Translations under genes and position numbers: made by a program
The notes under the pieces: model-generated
Databases searched by the model: none
The model's input: only the letters and a program-made list of their open reading frames with translations
What the model was told of the DNA's origin: nothing
Shown here: positions 42,250-58,258 of the stretch, one piece after another
Numbering within the stretch: the first letter of the stretch is position 1
Layout of the letters: each line of letters starts with the position of its first letter
Source of the DNA: Macrostomum lignano
Lineage: Eukaryota
Reading direction: 5' to 3'
DNA length: 64,000 bases
Assembly (NCBI GenBank): GCA_002269645.1
Contig: NIVC01000211.1
Coordinates: 496,001-560,000, forward strand

Positions 42250-42570
42250 CATCTCACTCTCTGAATCTTAACGTCTCCATCTCACCCTCTCAATCTTACC
42301 CCTCCATCTCCAGCTCCGTCTCACTCAATCACCCCCTCCATCTCACCCTCCCATCTCACCCTCTCAATCTCCCCCTCCCAACTCACCCTCTCAATCTTAC
42401 CCCTCCATCTCACTCTCCCGTCTCACTCAATCACCCCCTCCATCTCACCCTCCCATCTCACCCTCTCAATCTCACACACCCATCTTACCCACTGAGCCTG
42501 TCTACCAAATTTTCATCCCACCACATCGATCTCATCCTTTCCATCTCAGCCCATCTCACTCTCTCTTTAT
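42250..42570. repeat. Degenerate CT-rich repeat (CATCTCACCCTC-like) downstream of the tyrosinase stop
   Basis: Read directly. Confidence 0.75.
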
Positions 42571-42680
42571 CTCCGTTGATGGATGCTGAGAGCCTTGTGC
42601 ACATGCACTATTAAAAGTCACCATTATAAGCTGCCTTGCGCTGTTCAGAGCTGGCACATCAAGTCAGAAAGGCAATCAAT

Positions 42681-45789
<3,109 letters not shown>

Positions 45790-46118
45790 TCTAGAAGTCG
45801 CAATTCCGTTCAACTCAGCTCAACTCACCAGTTTTTTTCTTTCTGCCTTTCTTAATAAACTCCTGGAGTGGATCGATATGAAAGACTATTTTTTAGACTG
45901 CAGTTGGCTTGGCGGGTTGCTGCAGCTCCACTGCCATGCTGCCGATATGGGGAGAAAGCTGATCGATTGGTCTGTTAAGTGCTGGTGAATGGTGGGAGGA
46001 GTGCGTCCGAATGCAGGACAGAAGCCGCTGCGAGCGGTGCTTGGTGGGATTCAGCTACCACTGTGCTTGTGCAATGCGTATGCTGTGCGTGTTTTAATTG
46101 CTCTGGCAGCTGGACATA

Positions 46119-46120
46119 CC

Positions 46121-46186
<66 letters not shown>

Positions 46187-46215
46187 AAGACAGACAGACA
46201 GACAGACAGACAGAA

Positions 46216-46274
<59 letters not shown>

Positions 46275-46303
46275 AAGACAGACAGACAGACAGACAGACA
46301 AAA

Positions 46304-46390
<87 letters not shown>

Positions 46391-46419
46391 AAGACAGACA
46401 GACAGACAGACAGACAGAA

Positions 46420-46470
<51 letters not shown>

Positions 46471-46491
46471 TAGACAGACAGACAGACAGAA

Positions 46492-46522
<31 letters not shown>

Positions 46523-46523
46523 A

Positions 46524-46574
<51 letters not shown>

Positions 46575-46619
46575 TAGACAGACAGACAGACAGACAGAAA
46601 GACAGACAGACAGACAGAA

Positions 46620-46662
<43 letters not shown>

Positions 46663-46663
46663 A

Positions 46664-46714
<51 letters not shown>

Positions 46715-46739
46715 TAGACAGACAGACAGACAGACAGAA

Positions 46740-46774
<35 letters not shown>

Positions 46775-46790
46775 AAGACAGACAGAAAAG
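46119..46790. repeat. (CAGA)n microsatellite
   Basis: Read directly. Confidence 0.97.
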
Positions 46791-46859
46791 CATATATTTT
46801 TTGGACCTGAAATCGCCAGTCAATTTGGTGCTTTTCGCTATCAATTTGTTTTAATTAAC

Positions 46860-48480
46860 GAACATCAAACTCCAAACCAGCCAGTCACGATGCATTCACC
46901 ATCCTCTCTCTGTATGCGCATGGTCCTCTCTGTGGCCCGAATTGCTCGAAGTGGAAAACCAAATTGATTTCTGTCTATGGTAATAATGGACATTCTGATA
47001 GTCGATCCTAGCCATGATACAATTTTTGCTTGTAATAAATTGGGCGGGCCACCGCAGGAGGGAACGTGAGTTTTTGGGCTCCAGATGCTCATTTCGAGTG
47101 TATAGGGTCCTACGCACGTACTTCCCGAGGTTGCGTTACTTTCAGCCTTCCAATGCTAAGACCACTCAATTGCACTCACGGCCTTGCACAGCCTCCCCAA
47201 GCTGTGAACAGAAGTGGTGAGCCTTACATTAGGAGCAAGGGAAATAATCTAGGAGAAAGAGGCAAGTACATGATGCATTAACTATGCTACTAATAGCGGC
47301 AAAATGCACAGAAAAGCAACAGACTTATACAGGATGTGAGAAAGACAGGGTAGCTAGTACCAACACTTACTACACGATGAATTAAGCTTCAGGCCCGATT
47401 GTTTATCGAAATGGCGAGAAGCCAGAGTTGGGAGTGCGGAGGCGGATCCCTTTAATTAGCTCTGGGTAATTAATAATTCAACTAAGGCAGCTTGAGCTGC
47501 CTTCCCTTATGCCGAAGCTAATTGTGCCAGTTGTTGACTAGCGTTGCTGGGAAATGCTCTGGCATAAGAGAATGCGCTTAGTCGCAGCTTGCGGGAAAAG
47601 GATAGGAAGACGGGGCTCAAATTAATGATGAGGAGGCTTGTAAGATGGCGCTGGGAAGCAGTTAACAATGGAGAACTTGGATGGGGCAGCTGAAGGCTTT
47701 GAAGGCAGAGGTGAGGCCCGCCTCAGGTTCTTAAGCAAAGAAATGGTCATTTCTGCAGCTTTCTAACTTGAGTTGCGGGGAAATTTTTGTACTTTTCAAA
47801 ATATCACTGTAATTTTGTGATGTTTTATATTGCTATATTTTAATGCATTTTGCTTAAAAAAGATGACCATTCAATTCTTTTAATTTCAATTTTTTGTGGT
47901 TTCGGAGATTAAAACTGTCATTAATTTTTTATAGCATCAAAATGCGTCACTTTTCATCTCTACGCTTGTATTAGTTGTCGCTGACATTCTTATTTCAGTA
48001 CACAGAAGAAGCGATGCCGTGATCGCTTTTGTTCCCAAAAAGTACGCCTTTTGTTCCCAGTCTTTGAAAAATGAAAAGGAAACCAGAAAGTCAGTTGATA
48101 GCTTGTTATTTTTAAATAGGCGTCGAACAGTCAGACGCGCCAGTCGCTCGATCGTAGCGTCAAACAGTGCCGCGTTCACTGCCGCGTCCTCGACGACCGG
48201 CTCAATTAGAATGCCCTTTTAACCAAAGACTATTTGTTGTTACTATTTCTTGCTTTCTAGGCCGGGTATTAATGGTGTCTATGGCGTTAAAGAGCACTGT
48301 TATTGGCCTGTCAGGAAAAAGTCATGGTAGATTTCATTTTTTGCTGGGCATCAATGTACATTTCGAATTTCGGACAGGCGCTCTCATAAAAGTCTACATA
48401 AATTTCTGCTATAATTGGTGCCAAAACTTGGCTCAACCGAATTGGTCTATGCATGGCGACAATCCGATAAATGCTATGCA
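46860..48480 (-). mobile_element. Highly degenerate Penelope-like retroelement fragment (RT core/thumb and GIY-YIG-like remnants)
   Basis: Manual translation gives VAM...LAPIIAEIYVDFYE..PKFEMYID (48350-48460, like the PLE motif MGSPLAPxxAxIxM...YVDD), then LFDATIER...TDFLVSF...QKA...LLLCTE (thumb-like), then RTLYTRNEH and IDRNQF..R..ATE (GIY-YIG-like). Order is correct, with stops and frameshifts. Motif recall only. Confidence 0.4.
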
Positions 48481-49091
48481 AAGAAAGCAAAATTTTGAAA
48501 ATTCGATTCCAAAAATCAAAACTGTATTTTGAACGTTAAAGCTCTTCAATAATACGTTTTTGAAACTTTTTCTTGATAAACTTGTCATCGCACCGTGAAC
48601 TAATCGCGTGCTTAGATGAGCTATTGGGGATTTAGTACTAAAAAACGAGAACTTCTTATCTCGTCATAATGCGTTCTATAGCAAAATTGGCACAATTTCT
48701 TTCTTCTCCTTCTGCTTCAGCTGTCCAAGGCGCAAGATGCATTCAGCAGCTTTCAACACTCCGCTATTGGTCGCCTACGTTGGGCAAATCAAGGCAACGC
48801 ATTTAAGTTGGTAATGAGCCGTTTTCAACTGGACAAATTAAAGTGGTGACAACTATTTCACAAATAAAAAATACACGCCTAAACTGGTGAGTCTGCGATA
48901 CCCGTATTTGAGTTCCCTGACCAGCTAAAGTCCACTCAAAGTCCTCCAGCATCGCCGTCTCAACTGTCCTCAGTCAAATCACGTTTTTATTCAGTCGAGT
49001 TCGGCTTCGATCCTCTTCAGCACTAGCCCTTCATTTCCGAATCCCACCTCACCGAATTCGTTAATCTGAATTTACCGACAGGAATACCGAC

Positions 49092-50138
49092 ATGACTTGC
49101 CGGAGAAGCTGCACCTTTGATGTCGTGCTTGCTGTCTGCTTGACAGCTGCAGTGGCTGCAGAAGTAATCAGTTCGGGTGTGCAGTTCTCCGCTGCCAGGA
49201 CGAGCAGCGCTGTCGCTCCATCGGAGTTTCTCGCGCCGCCAGAAGACAGCGAGATCAACTGCGGCATCGTGTGCAGCCGCAGGTCGAACTGTTTCGGCTT
49301 CTACTGGCTGCTCGGCGCGTGTCGGCTATTCGACTTGCAGGCGTTTATCAACGCTAACGCCTGGGTCAGCATCGGCACCACGTGTGACGTTTTCACGCGA
49401 GGTGGGTTACCCGATCGCAGTTGCATATTGCGCATTTGCAGTGGCCTAGGCAGAAGAAAGGCCACTGCCAGTAAGGATTGCACAACCCCAAAAGCTCATT
49501 GAAAGAGGAAACCAAGCTAAACGAATGACAGGAGCTCGACTTTTGCCACCCTCTTGGACATGCCTGACACCTGCCTAGAAAATCAGGGGTTAGGGACGCC
49601 CACTAAGAGACAGCTAGGTGAAGCCCATCAAGAAACTCCTTTGAGTTTCGGCCCCTTCATTTAGAATTCCTACGTACGTACATCTACCTACGCATAACAC
49701 AGATATCACAGGAAACTGACTGCCCGTTCCTAAACTACAGACTTTAAGAGACTGCAGATTGCCAGCTGCAGCGAGAGTTCATCGGTACAGCCGTGCAGCC
49801 GCGCCATCGATGGCAACACAAATCAAGATTATCATCAAAACTCCTGCACTCACACAAATGGCAACCTTAATGAGTGGTGGGAGGCCAGTCTCTCGGCTCC
49901 ATCTCTCGTGTCATTCGTCACCATGTACAACAGGCAGGACTGCTGCCCTGAGAGACTAAACAAGTTCGACATCCTTGTGGACGGGTCTGTGTGCAACCAG
50001 GTGAGGCTTGGAGCTCCATTCTCTGTTTCCAACTTCACCTGCAACGCCTACGGCTCGAAGATCCGCATCTTGAGTCGCAGCAATCCCGCAGAGATCCTCA
50101 CCATCTGCGAGTTCATGGCCTACGGCATCCAAGGTTAG
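49092..50138 (+). CDS. Secreted PAN/apple + F-type lectin (fucolectin, FTP / F5-F8 type C fold) protein, copy 1; join(49092..49401,49741..50138), 235 aa
   Basis: Hydrophobic leader VVLAVCLTAAVAA. PAN-like CGIVCSRRSNCFGFYW...CRL. FTLD CSRAIDGN...SCTHT...WW...VTMYNRQDCCPERL...LTICEFMAYG with an exact HX26RXDX4R fucose motif. Phase-1 intron G|GTGGGT...CTACAG|AC. Confidence 0.88.
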
Positions 50139-51361
50139 CGGGAGATTTGAGCATTGTGGTGTCGCATTTGCCAAAAAATCAACCGAAATAACATTGATGG
50201 AAATAAATGAAAAAGTGAATGAAGGAGAAAATGTACGAAAATCGTTTTTTATATATTGTTTAAATAAAACTTAAACATTCTGCTACAAATTCAAGACAGT
50301 TTGGAGTGAATAAAATTATTCTTCGGCTTACCTGATCCTCGCCTCTGTACGCGAACGTTTTTTATATAATGTTTAAATAAAACAATAATACTGAAGTAAA
50401 ACAAATAAAACCCTAACCCTTTTGCTTACTTAATTAAGTCATAATTTCAACCCAGAAACTTTTTTTGTTTTGCTTTAATCATGTCAAACTTGGGAGTCCA
50501 ACATTTTACCTATGGTTTTACTTACAAACATAAATCAAAAGACCAACAATATCTATTCTTGGTCAAAGTTAAAAATTGCAAGAAAGTAGTTTTTGCATTT
50601 GTTTGTCTTTTAGCCATATTCTATGTTTGAATGTTTTAGCTCGTAGTTTAAAGTCAAATTTTAGCTTTTTAACATGACCATTTTGCACCGGAGGGGCTCC
50701 AACTTGCTAGTCTATATACTATTTTTGCTCTAAGAAAGACAATTAATATTTGCAGTACCCTGACATCCCCACATTCTCGTTTGAGCAAAACTGGAACTTA
50801 AAGTGTTTCAGTTTAATTGTCTCACTATAAGCGAGCATTATACACAACGTATACATATGCAAGTAGCTATAAGAATTTTAAACCTAAAACCCATACCATA
50901 CTACTTAGGATGAGAAGTAGGATGATAGAGGGGGAGAGTGAGAGGCAGAGAGATAATTTCTGTATTATTCCGTTTTCTTTATAAACTTTTAATATGATAA
51001 AATTTGCGTTTTGTTATCATACTACTTACTAAAGCGAGAAAAGTGTTACATTAGATATCGAATCTGTTCTTCAATTGACAGATTCACGACAAAAACTGGA
51101 TGGTTGAATAGAATTCACGATCTATTGAGTCGTGGCGGTAACACGTCATCAATAACTGGATTCCTTAGGTCCGTCGAACGTTTTAATTTGGACACGGATT
51201 AGTCATATTAGGAATAAGTAAGTGATAATATCAAAAAGTAACAAAAATATTCAATATAAGACTAACGTCGTAAATGAAGATTCGCTGGAGCTTTAGCTAC
51301 TTTTCGTTTTATCGTGTGATTCTGAAAAATAGCATTGTATTCAAAGCGCGTCTAAAATTTA

Positions 51362-51732
51362 CCCGATGAAAACGTTACCTAGGTGAAGAAGCGTCCCAGA
51401 GTCCCGTGCATCGCCCCAAAGTTGTTTCAGAGGATCGTTGCCGTTAACACAGGTAAAATAGGAAAGAGTATAGTGGCTCTAGACGACTCAGAAACGATGA
51501 GATGTCACGGTCGCCAAAAAGTAATCAAAGAGACGCCCAAGAGTCGTTTGAAGCGCATTTGCGTCACTTGATGAATTGTCACAAGCCGTCACTTGTCACA
51601 AACCGTCGCATTAGATCGACGCGTTTGAGTCGTTAAAAAGTCACAAGAGTCGCCCCAAAGTCACTAGAGCCACTAAATAGTTAATTGCAATGACTTTTTA
51701 GCGATTCTTGGTGCGGTACCGTTTTCAATGGG
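51362..51732. mobile_element. piggyBac-like MITE, about 370 bp
   Basis: Imperfect TIRs CCCGATGAAAACGTTACC / GGTACCGTTTTCAATGGG. Flanks are TTTA (left) and TTAA (right). Internal GTCAC/GTCGC motif repeats. Confidence 0.45.
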
Positions 51733-53769
51733 TTAATTATTGTACTTGGACCACTTTATTAATTAGGCTTGTCAAACTGACCTACTATTGCTAATATTTA
51801 GTTGCAACCGCAAATATAGCAATTTTTATAATGGATCTTATTATGCACTTACTTGGGATACGTTAGATTCAATAGATCTACATTATTTTTTCTTATCGTC
51901 CAATTGACCATTTCAAGTCTTAAAGTCCCTTGAATCACCTTAGGCTTAAGCCGTCTGCATACGAACAAAAAAATCCAAAAAACCTACGCTTAAAATGACC
52001 TAATTTATAGAGATACAGTAAAACAAACGCTAAAAAAACCAACAATAACCGACCGCAGTTGCTAATATGATTAGACACTAATAATATTACAAAAAGGAAT
52101 ATGAAATCAGCAGTTCCATAGCCAAGAAAAATAATAAAGAATTCGAGAACGTCACAAACCCGCCCCTCCTCTGGAGAGGGGACGAGCTTGAATGAGGGAT
52201 ACGAGGGTTGTATAAAAAGTTCTGTGTTTTTCACTGAATCACTTGAAAATAATAAACAGCAAAGACGCAAAACTTCACGCACTTATTCTTAGGCAGATTT
52301 TCACTCGAACTATGTGTCACGTTATTTGATGTTGTCCGTGACCCTTAAAAGGGCCGTTTTAGTCCCAAATGAATCGAGTCAAGTCTTGATAGCGGATTTG
52401 CGTAGCGGAGCACTTGGCATACAAGGCCGGAAACTGGCCGTAGTTGGTTATTATTGTTGAGACCAATATTCGATGCGGTTAATATCAATATAGAACTTAT
52501 TGCGCTTTTGGGGCACTGGCGGCTGCAACAATGGTTTTGACTTGAAGGTGAGTTAGAGATTGTAGTCGAGTGGTAGGCGAGTGATGCAAGACGATGCAAC
52601 GTGGTGAGTAACGGCGATGAGTACAACAGTGGCAGATGCGTAGTGGTGAGATTGGCGTTAGCCGTGGCAGACAGTGGCAGGCAGTGTAAACAGGCTGGCC
52701 CAGACAGAGAGAAGGAAAACAAGGCCGAGGACAGGCCGGGAGGAAGAGAGAAGCACAGATAAGGACGGGAGTGAGGAGTGCCGCCGCCAGGCGGGGGGTT
52801 TAATAAAGGAGCGCAGAGGGGGGTAGCGCGAAGCACGAGTGGTTTTCATTGGCTGGCGAGAGAACTTAAAATTATCGATCGTGCCAATTTTATACGGTCG
52901 CGAGAGAGGATAGCAAAATATACAGTGAATTAGAAATTGCCACAAAATCGTTGGGCTCTACTATAAGTAAACGTTAAAATAAACTATTGGAGAAATTAAT
53001 ATGAGAAATTACAAGGGAAAATATAGTCCAGCGGCCCTTTTCGGGACCACCTTAAACTGACAACGTCACATATGCACCTCTGCCATTGCCACACGAGCTC
53101 CTTTCAATGCTAGCACTCTTTGCCATTGTTCGTCATAGCTGTGATTCCCAACTTGTATGCCTAAGTTCAGCTCATCCTCCGCGCAGAGACACTGGCCCTG
53201 GATGGACACAGAGTGTCTGTCAGCACCCTCTGCTTCCAATGAGAAGCTGCATTGTCTTAAAACATGGGAAAAACATGTCTTAAAACGATGGGAGTCCCTA
53301 GCGTATGCCGCATCATATCGAGGATCTCAGATGGCGAGCAACCCCTAAAGGTTGCAGAACATGAAACCTGATTAACGGTTTGCTGTTCGTTCGTTTACAA
53401 AGCTGTCTTGCGCAACGAATTCAACCATGGGTGTTGCATGGCAGTATACACTACGCAGGCTAAAAATGATTTTAAAACGTAAAACTGAAGCTATCAGCTT
53501 TAAAACCAAGCAATGCCTCAATACACAGAAAATTTTGAACAACCCGATACTACATGTACTTAGATCACTAGATGATATTGGAAGCACGTAGAAGCTTAAA
53601 AACGCACGAAAAATAATAAATACGAGCATAAAAGCAGGAAAGCATTCATTCAAAGTTAGAACTGTGAACTATCGAAGATATTTGGCCGAAATTCCGAAAC
53701 TCTATACATTGACAACCAGGTGTAACACCTGCATGTCCCTCAGCGAGCTGGAAGCAGACGAACCAACTG

Positions 53770-53805
<36 letters not shown>

Positions 53806-54784
53806 AGACACAGAATACCCCAACTGCAGACGCAGAGACTTCGGAAAAGATGAAACAGGTAAGAGAAGCACACGCCTTAGACACTCGAAGCTCACAAAAA
53901 GAGCGAAAATAGAGAAAGGTGAGCTCACACGAGCACCAGATCAGTAACAACTAAGCACAAAACTGCACGAACCATCCACAAGTCAGGAACTCCGATCTCA
54001 AAGCAATGGGCGACGTACAACTTCCAGGGCAAGAACTGCAGAGCTAAGTCAGGCTACCCAGTGAAGGCTACAAAAAACAAACTAATCTACAGCATTTCAC
54101 TACACGATTTCTACTAATTGAGCACTGCACTGCGGGACTGCATCGCACTGCCAGGGCACTCAACAACGCGCGCAAGGGAAAACACAAAGTTGTGTTTTTA
54201 AAATGACCAAATTTGGATAAACACGAAAACCAACGCACGATTGAACTAAGAATAGCCGGCTGCGTTTGCTAATATAATTAGATAATAAAAACAATACAGA
54301 AAGGCAATGCCAATTATCCCAAGCCAAGAAAATTATGAGTGAGAGATATTAGGAACTTAGTGCTCAGAAACTGCATGCAAACTCCCAATCTCGCATTCTG
54401 CAGCAAACATCACCCTCCAGCCAAATTGGCACAATTTGTGAGTGCAGCGTCCTTCAGCTGCTTCAGCTGCCCAAGGCGCCTGCTGCATTCAGCAGCTGTC
54501 AACACTCCGCTATTGGTCGCCTACGTTGGGCAAATCCAGGAGCTCATTGGGCAGAGCATGAAAGTTGGTAAGTTGGTTCAACTGAACAAATTAAAGTTTT
54601 GGCAGCCTCTCCTACTGGGCCAGTGAGGATAATTATTTCACAAATAAAAAATACACGCCTAAGCTGGTGAGTCTGCGACACCCGTATGTGAGTTCCCTGA
54701 CCAGCTAAAGTCCACTCTAAATCCTAAACATCACCTCTCACCTGTCCTCAGTCAAATCACGTATTTATTCAGTCGAGTACCGAC

Positions 54785-55831
54785 ATGACTTGCCGGAGAA
54801 GCTGCACCTTTGATGTCGTGCTTGCTGTCTGCTTGACAGCTGCAATGGCCGCAGAAGTCATCAGTTCGGGTGTGCAGTTCTCCGCCGCCAGGACGGGCAG
54901 CGCTGTCGCTCCATCGGAGCTTCTCGCGCCGCCAGAAGACAGCGAGATCAACTGCGGAATCGTGTGCAGCCGCAGATCGAACTGTTTCGGCTTCTACTGG
55001 CTGCTCGGCGCGTGTCGGCTGTTCGACTTGCAGGCGTTTTTCAATGCCAGCGCCTGGGTCAGCATCGGCACGTGCGACGTCTTCGTGCGAGGTGAGTCAC
55101 CTGATCGCAGTTTCATATAGCGCAGTCCACAGAATGGAGGAAGGGAGGCCTTGGCCTGAAAGAATCGCGCTCCTCCAGAAACTTATTAAAAAAGGAAAAC
55201 AAGTCGTGGATATAAGTAGATAAGACCCGCCAAGAGACAGGGGTGCCCACCAAGAGACAGGGGTGCCCATTAAGAGACAGTGTCCAACAAAACACCAAAT
55301 GCTGGCACCACTTTGGGTGGCGCCCCTCCAATTAAAATTCCTGTGTACGTCAGTGCGCATCTGCGTACTGTCATCACGTGAGCGCAATGACAACTTAAGT
55401 AACTGCTTGCATGTACCTAACTTACAGATTTTACACCTAATAGACTGCCGATTGCCAGCTGCAGCGAGAGCTCTTCGATAGTGCATTGCAGCCGCGCCAT
55501 CGACGGAAACACGAATCGACGTTATGATCAAAGCTCCTGCACTCACACTCAAAACGGCCTCAGTGAGTGGTGGGAAGGCAGTCTCACGGCTCCATCTCTC
55601 GTGTCATTCGTCACCATGTACAACAGGCAGGACTGCTGCGCTGAGGCACTAAACAAGTTCGACATCCTTGTGGACGGGTCTGTGTGCAACCAGGTGAGGC
55701 TTGGCGCTCCATTCTCTGTTGCCAACTTCAACTGCAATGCCTTCGGCTCGAAGATCCGCATCTTGAGTCGCAGCAATCCGGGAAAGCCCGTCACCATCTG
55801 CGAGTTTATGGCCTACGGCATCCAAGGTTAG
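54785..55831 (+). CDS. Secreted PAN/apple + F-type lectin protein, copy 2; join(54785..55091,55428..55831), 236 aa
   Basis: Close paralog of copy 1 with the same exon structure (G|GTGAGT...TTACAG|AT). Fucose motif reads HX26RQDCCAEA, with the last Arg replaced by Ala. Confidence 0.88.
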
Positions 55832-56729
55832 CGAGGGATTTGAGCACTGTGGTGTAGTTTTTGTTGGGCTCGAGAACTTACATGTTGTATATTACTGATA
55901 ACTTACCTGAAGAAAGCAGGTAACTGAAAAGGGACATCTGTCTTTTTACCTTTCAGAGTTTTAGAAAAAGACACGCCGTACCTGCAGCTTCAAATCTGCT
56001 TAGCTAGCCAGCAAAACCAATTTTGAATCTTCAGAGTTGTGCTTAACCATTTCAACAAAAATGTGATTGACTTCGAAAACGAAAATTAAGCTGAAAAAAA
56101 ATCGAAATTAATTAAAGATAACTGAAAGAAGAAACATTGCTATATATTGCTTTTAGAAATTTTACCCCATTGCATAAAATTGGCAAGTTGCAATAAAAAT
56201 GAAATACTTTTGTGTTTCACCCGCCAGCTACATGTAGATTGAGAAGTTTGAAGCGGCCAACCTTCCCATGGTTTCCCTTCGGCCCTTGCTATTTACGAGT
56301 ATATTCACTTTCTGACCAATAAACAAATTTTTCTGGTATTTTCTCTTGCCTATACAAATTTTTTTCTGCAAACCAAAAAAGTCTATTTTTTTATCATGCA
56401 AAAATTGGAAGTCTAACATTTTACTTTATTTTTCGTACTACAAATATAAACTAAAAGACAAACCGCTAATATATATTTTCATTCAAAGTAACATAATTGC
56501 GAGAAAGTAATTGTTCGTTTAATTTGTCCGCCTCTCAGCCATAAAATTGTTTAAGTATTGTTGTTCAAATTCAAATATTGTCTTGTCAGCATGCGCAATT
56601 CGCGCAGACAGGTAGACAATTAATATTAATATTTACAGTAACAGGATGCATAAACAAGTATATACGCTCGTAAGGAGAGATTTTTTTCAAACATGAGCAA
56701 AGCCAATCATTGCTTATCATCGCTCTTCT

Positions 56730-57720
56730 CTCTCACTGTCTCTACCCTTCTCTCCCCTCTTTCCTCTACTTTTCCCTCTCTCCCCTTCTCCCCTTCTCTC
56801 CCCTTCTCTCCTCGCTCTTCTCTCCCTTCTCTTCTCTTCTCTTCTCTAGTCCCTCTTCTCTCTCTTCTCTTCTCTTCTCTCTCCTCTCTTCTCTTCTCTC
56901 TCCTCTCTTCTCTTCTCTTCTCTCCCCTCTCTTCTCTTCTCTATCTTCTCTTCTCTGCCCTCTCTTCTCTTCTCTGCCCTCTCTTCTCTTCTCTCCCCTC
57001 TCTTCTCTTCTCTGCCCTCTCTTCTCTTCTCTCCCCTCTCTTCTCTTCTCTCCCCTCTCTCCCCTTCTCTCCTCGCTCTTCTCTCCCCTCTCTCCCCTTC
57101 TCTCCTCGCTCTTCTCTTCTCTATCTTCTCTTCTCTCCCCTCTCTTCTCTTCTCTGCCCTCTCTTCTCTTCTCTCCCCTCTCTTCTCTTCTCTGCCCTCT
57201 CTTCTCTTCTCTCCCCTCTCTTCTCTTCTCTCCCCTCTCTCCCCTTCTCTCCTCGCTCTTCTCTCCCCTCTCTCCCCTTCTCTCCTCGCTCTTCTCTTCT
57301 CTATCTTCTCTTCTCTCCCCTCTCTTCTCTTCTCTGCCCTCTCTTCTTTTCTCTCCCCTCTCTTCTCTTCTCTCCCCTCTCTTCTCTTCTCTCCCCTCTC
57401 TTCTCTTCTCTCCTCTCTCTTCTCTTCTCTCTCTCCCTCTCTTCTCTTCTCTCCCCTCTCTTCTCTTCTCTCCCCTCTCTTCTCTTCTCTTCTCTCCCCT
57501 CTCTTCTCTTCTCTCCTCTCTCTTCTCTTCTCTTCTCTCCCCTCTCTTCTCTTCTCTCCCCTCTCTTCTCTTCTCTCCTCTCTCTTCTCTTCTCTTCTCT
57601 CCCCTCTCTTCTCTTCTCTCCCCTCTCTCCTCTTATCTCCCCTTTCTCCGGTTCTCCCCCTCTCATCGCTCTTCTCTTCCCTCTTCCTCTACTCCCCTCT
57701 CTTCTCTCATCTAGCTCATC
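56730..57720. repeat. CT-rich polypyrimidine repeat with about 180-bp higher-order duplication
   Basis: Read directly. Same phase at 56941, 57121 and 57301. Confidence 0.92.
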
Positions 57721-58258
57721 TTCTATTCTTTCTACTTTCCACTCTCATATGGCCTGCAGGCAGCAGCCATGAGTTGGGTTCTCTCTCTCTCGCTCATCAG
57801 GTAAAAAATCTTGCTGACCCTAATCTATAGAAATGTTTTGACAGTTAGCAAGCAGTTAATTTAATTGGTGCTTCAATTTGCTTGTGCCCCCCATCATAAA
57901 AGCATAAAGTAGACAGTTTATGACCGCCCCATGGGAGGGCCAGCCCACACATTTTTATTTCTCTCCTGCGGGTGTTGGCCGCGGTGGAATAACTGGCTCA
58001 GTAGCTAGAATAACAACTCTTGAGTGGGGGCGCTCGGACCCGGACCCTAGTAGGCTGGCGGCGAGGAAAATAGGGAGTCCGTGTGGGACCCGGGGCAAGC
58101 ACAGATAGATAGAGGCGTTTTTCTTCCCCCGAGAGCCCACTTATTTCAGTGCGCTCAGTATGAAAAAGTGTATAAATTGATACGTGTTTATTTGAATAAT
58201 AAAAGGCTGCAATTACAAATTATACAACAAATAAATGAAACTGAACAAAGTAAAAACG

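Larger units (their letters stand above)
48683..55855 (+). other. Segmental duplication pair: about 48683-50165 and about 54422-55855 (upstream region plus lectin gene)
   Basis: Homology begins at AAATTGGCACAATTT in both copies and ends at GATTTGAGCA.TGTGGTGT. Confidence 0.9.

Noticed and set aside
45790-45813. ORF-track start of the tyrosinase at 45813
   Set aside because: That codon is TTG. The ATG at 45789 directly begins the signal peptide.
52345-52836. 163-aa minus-strand ORF between the lectin copies
   Set aside because: Non-ATG start, S/L/P/T-rich, no recognisable motif or splice support.
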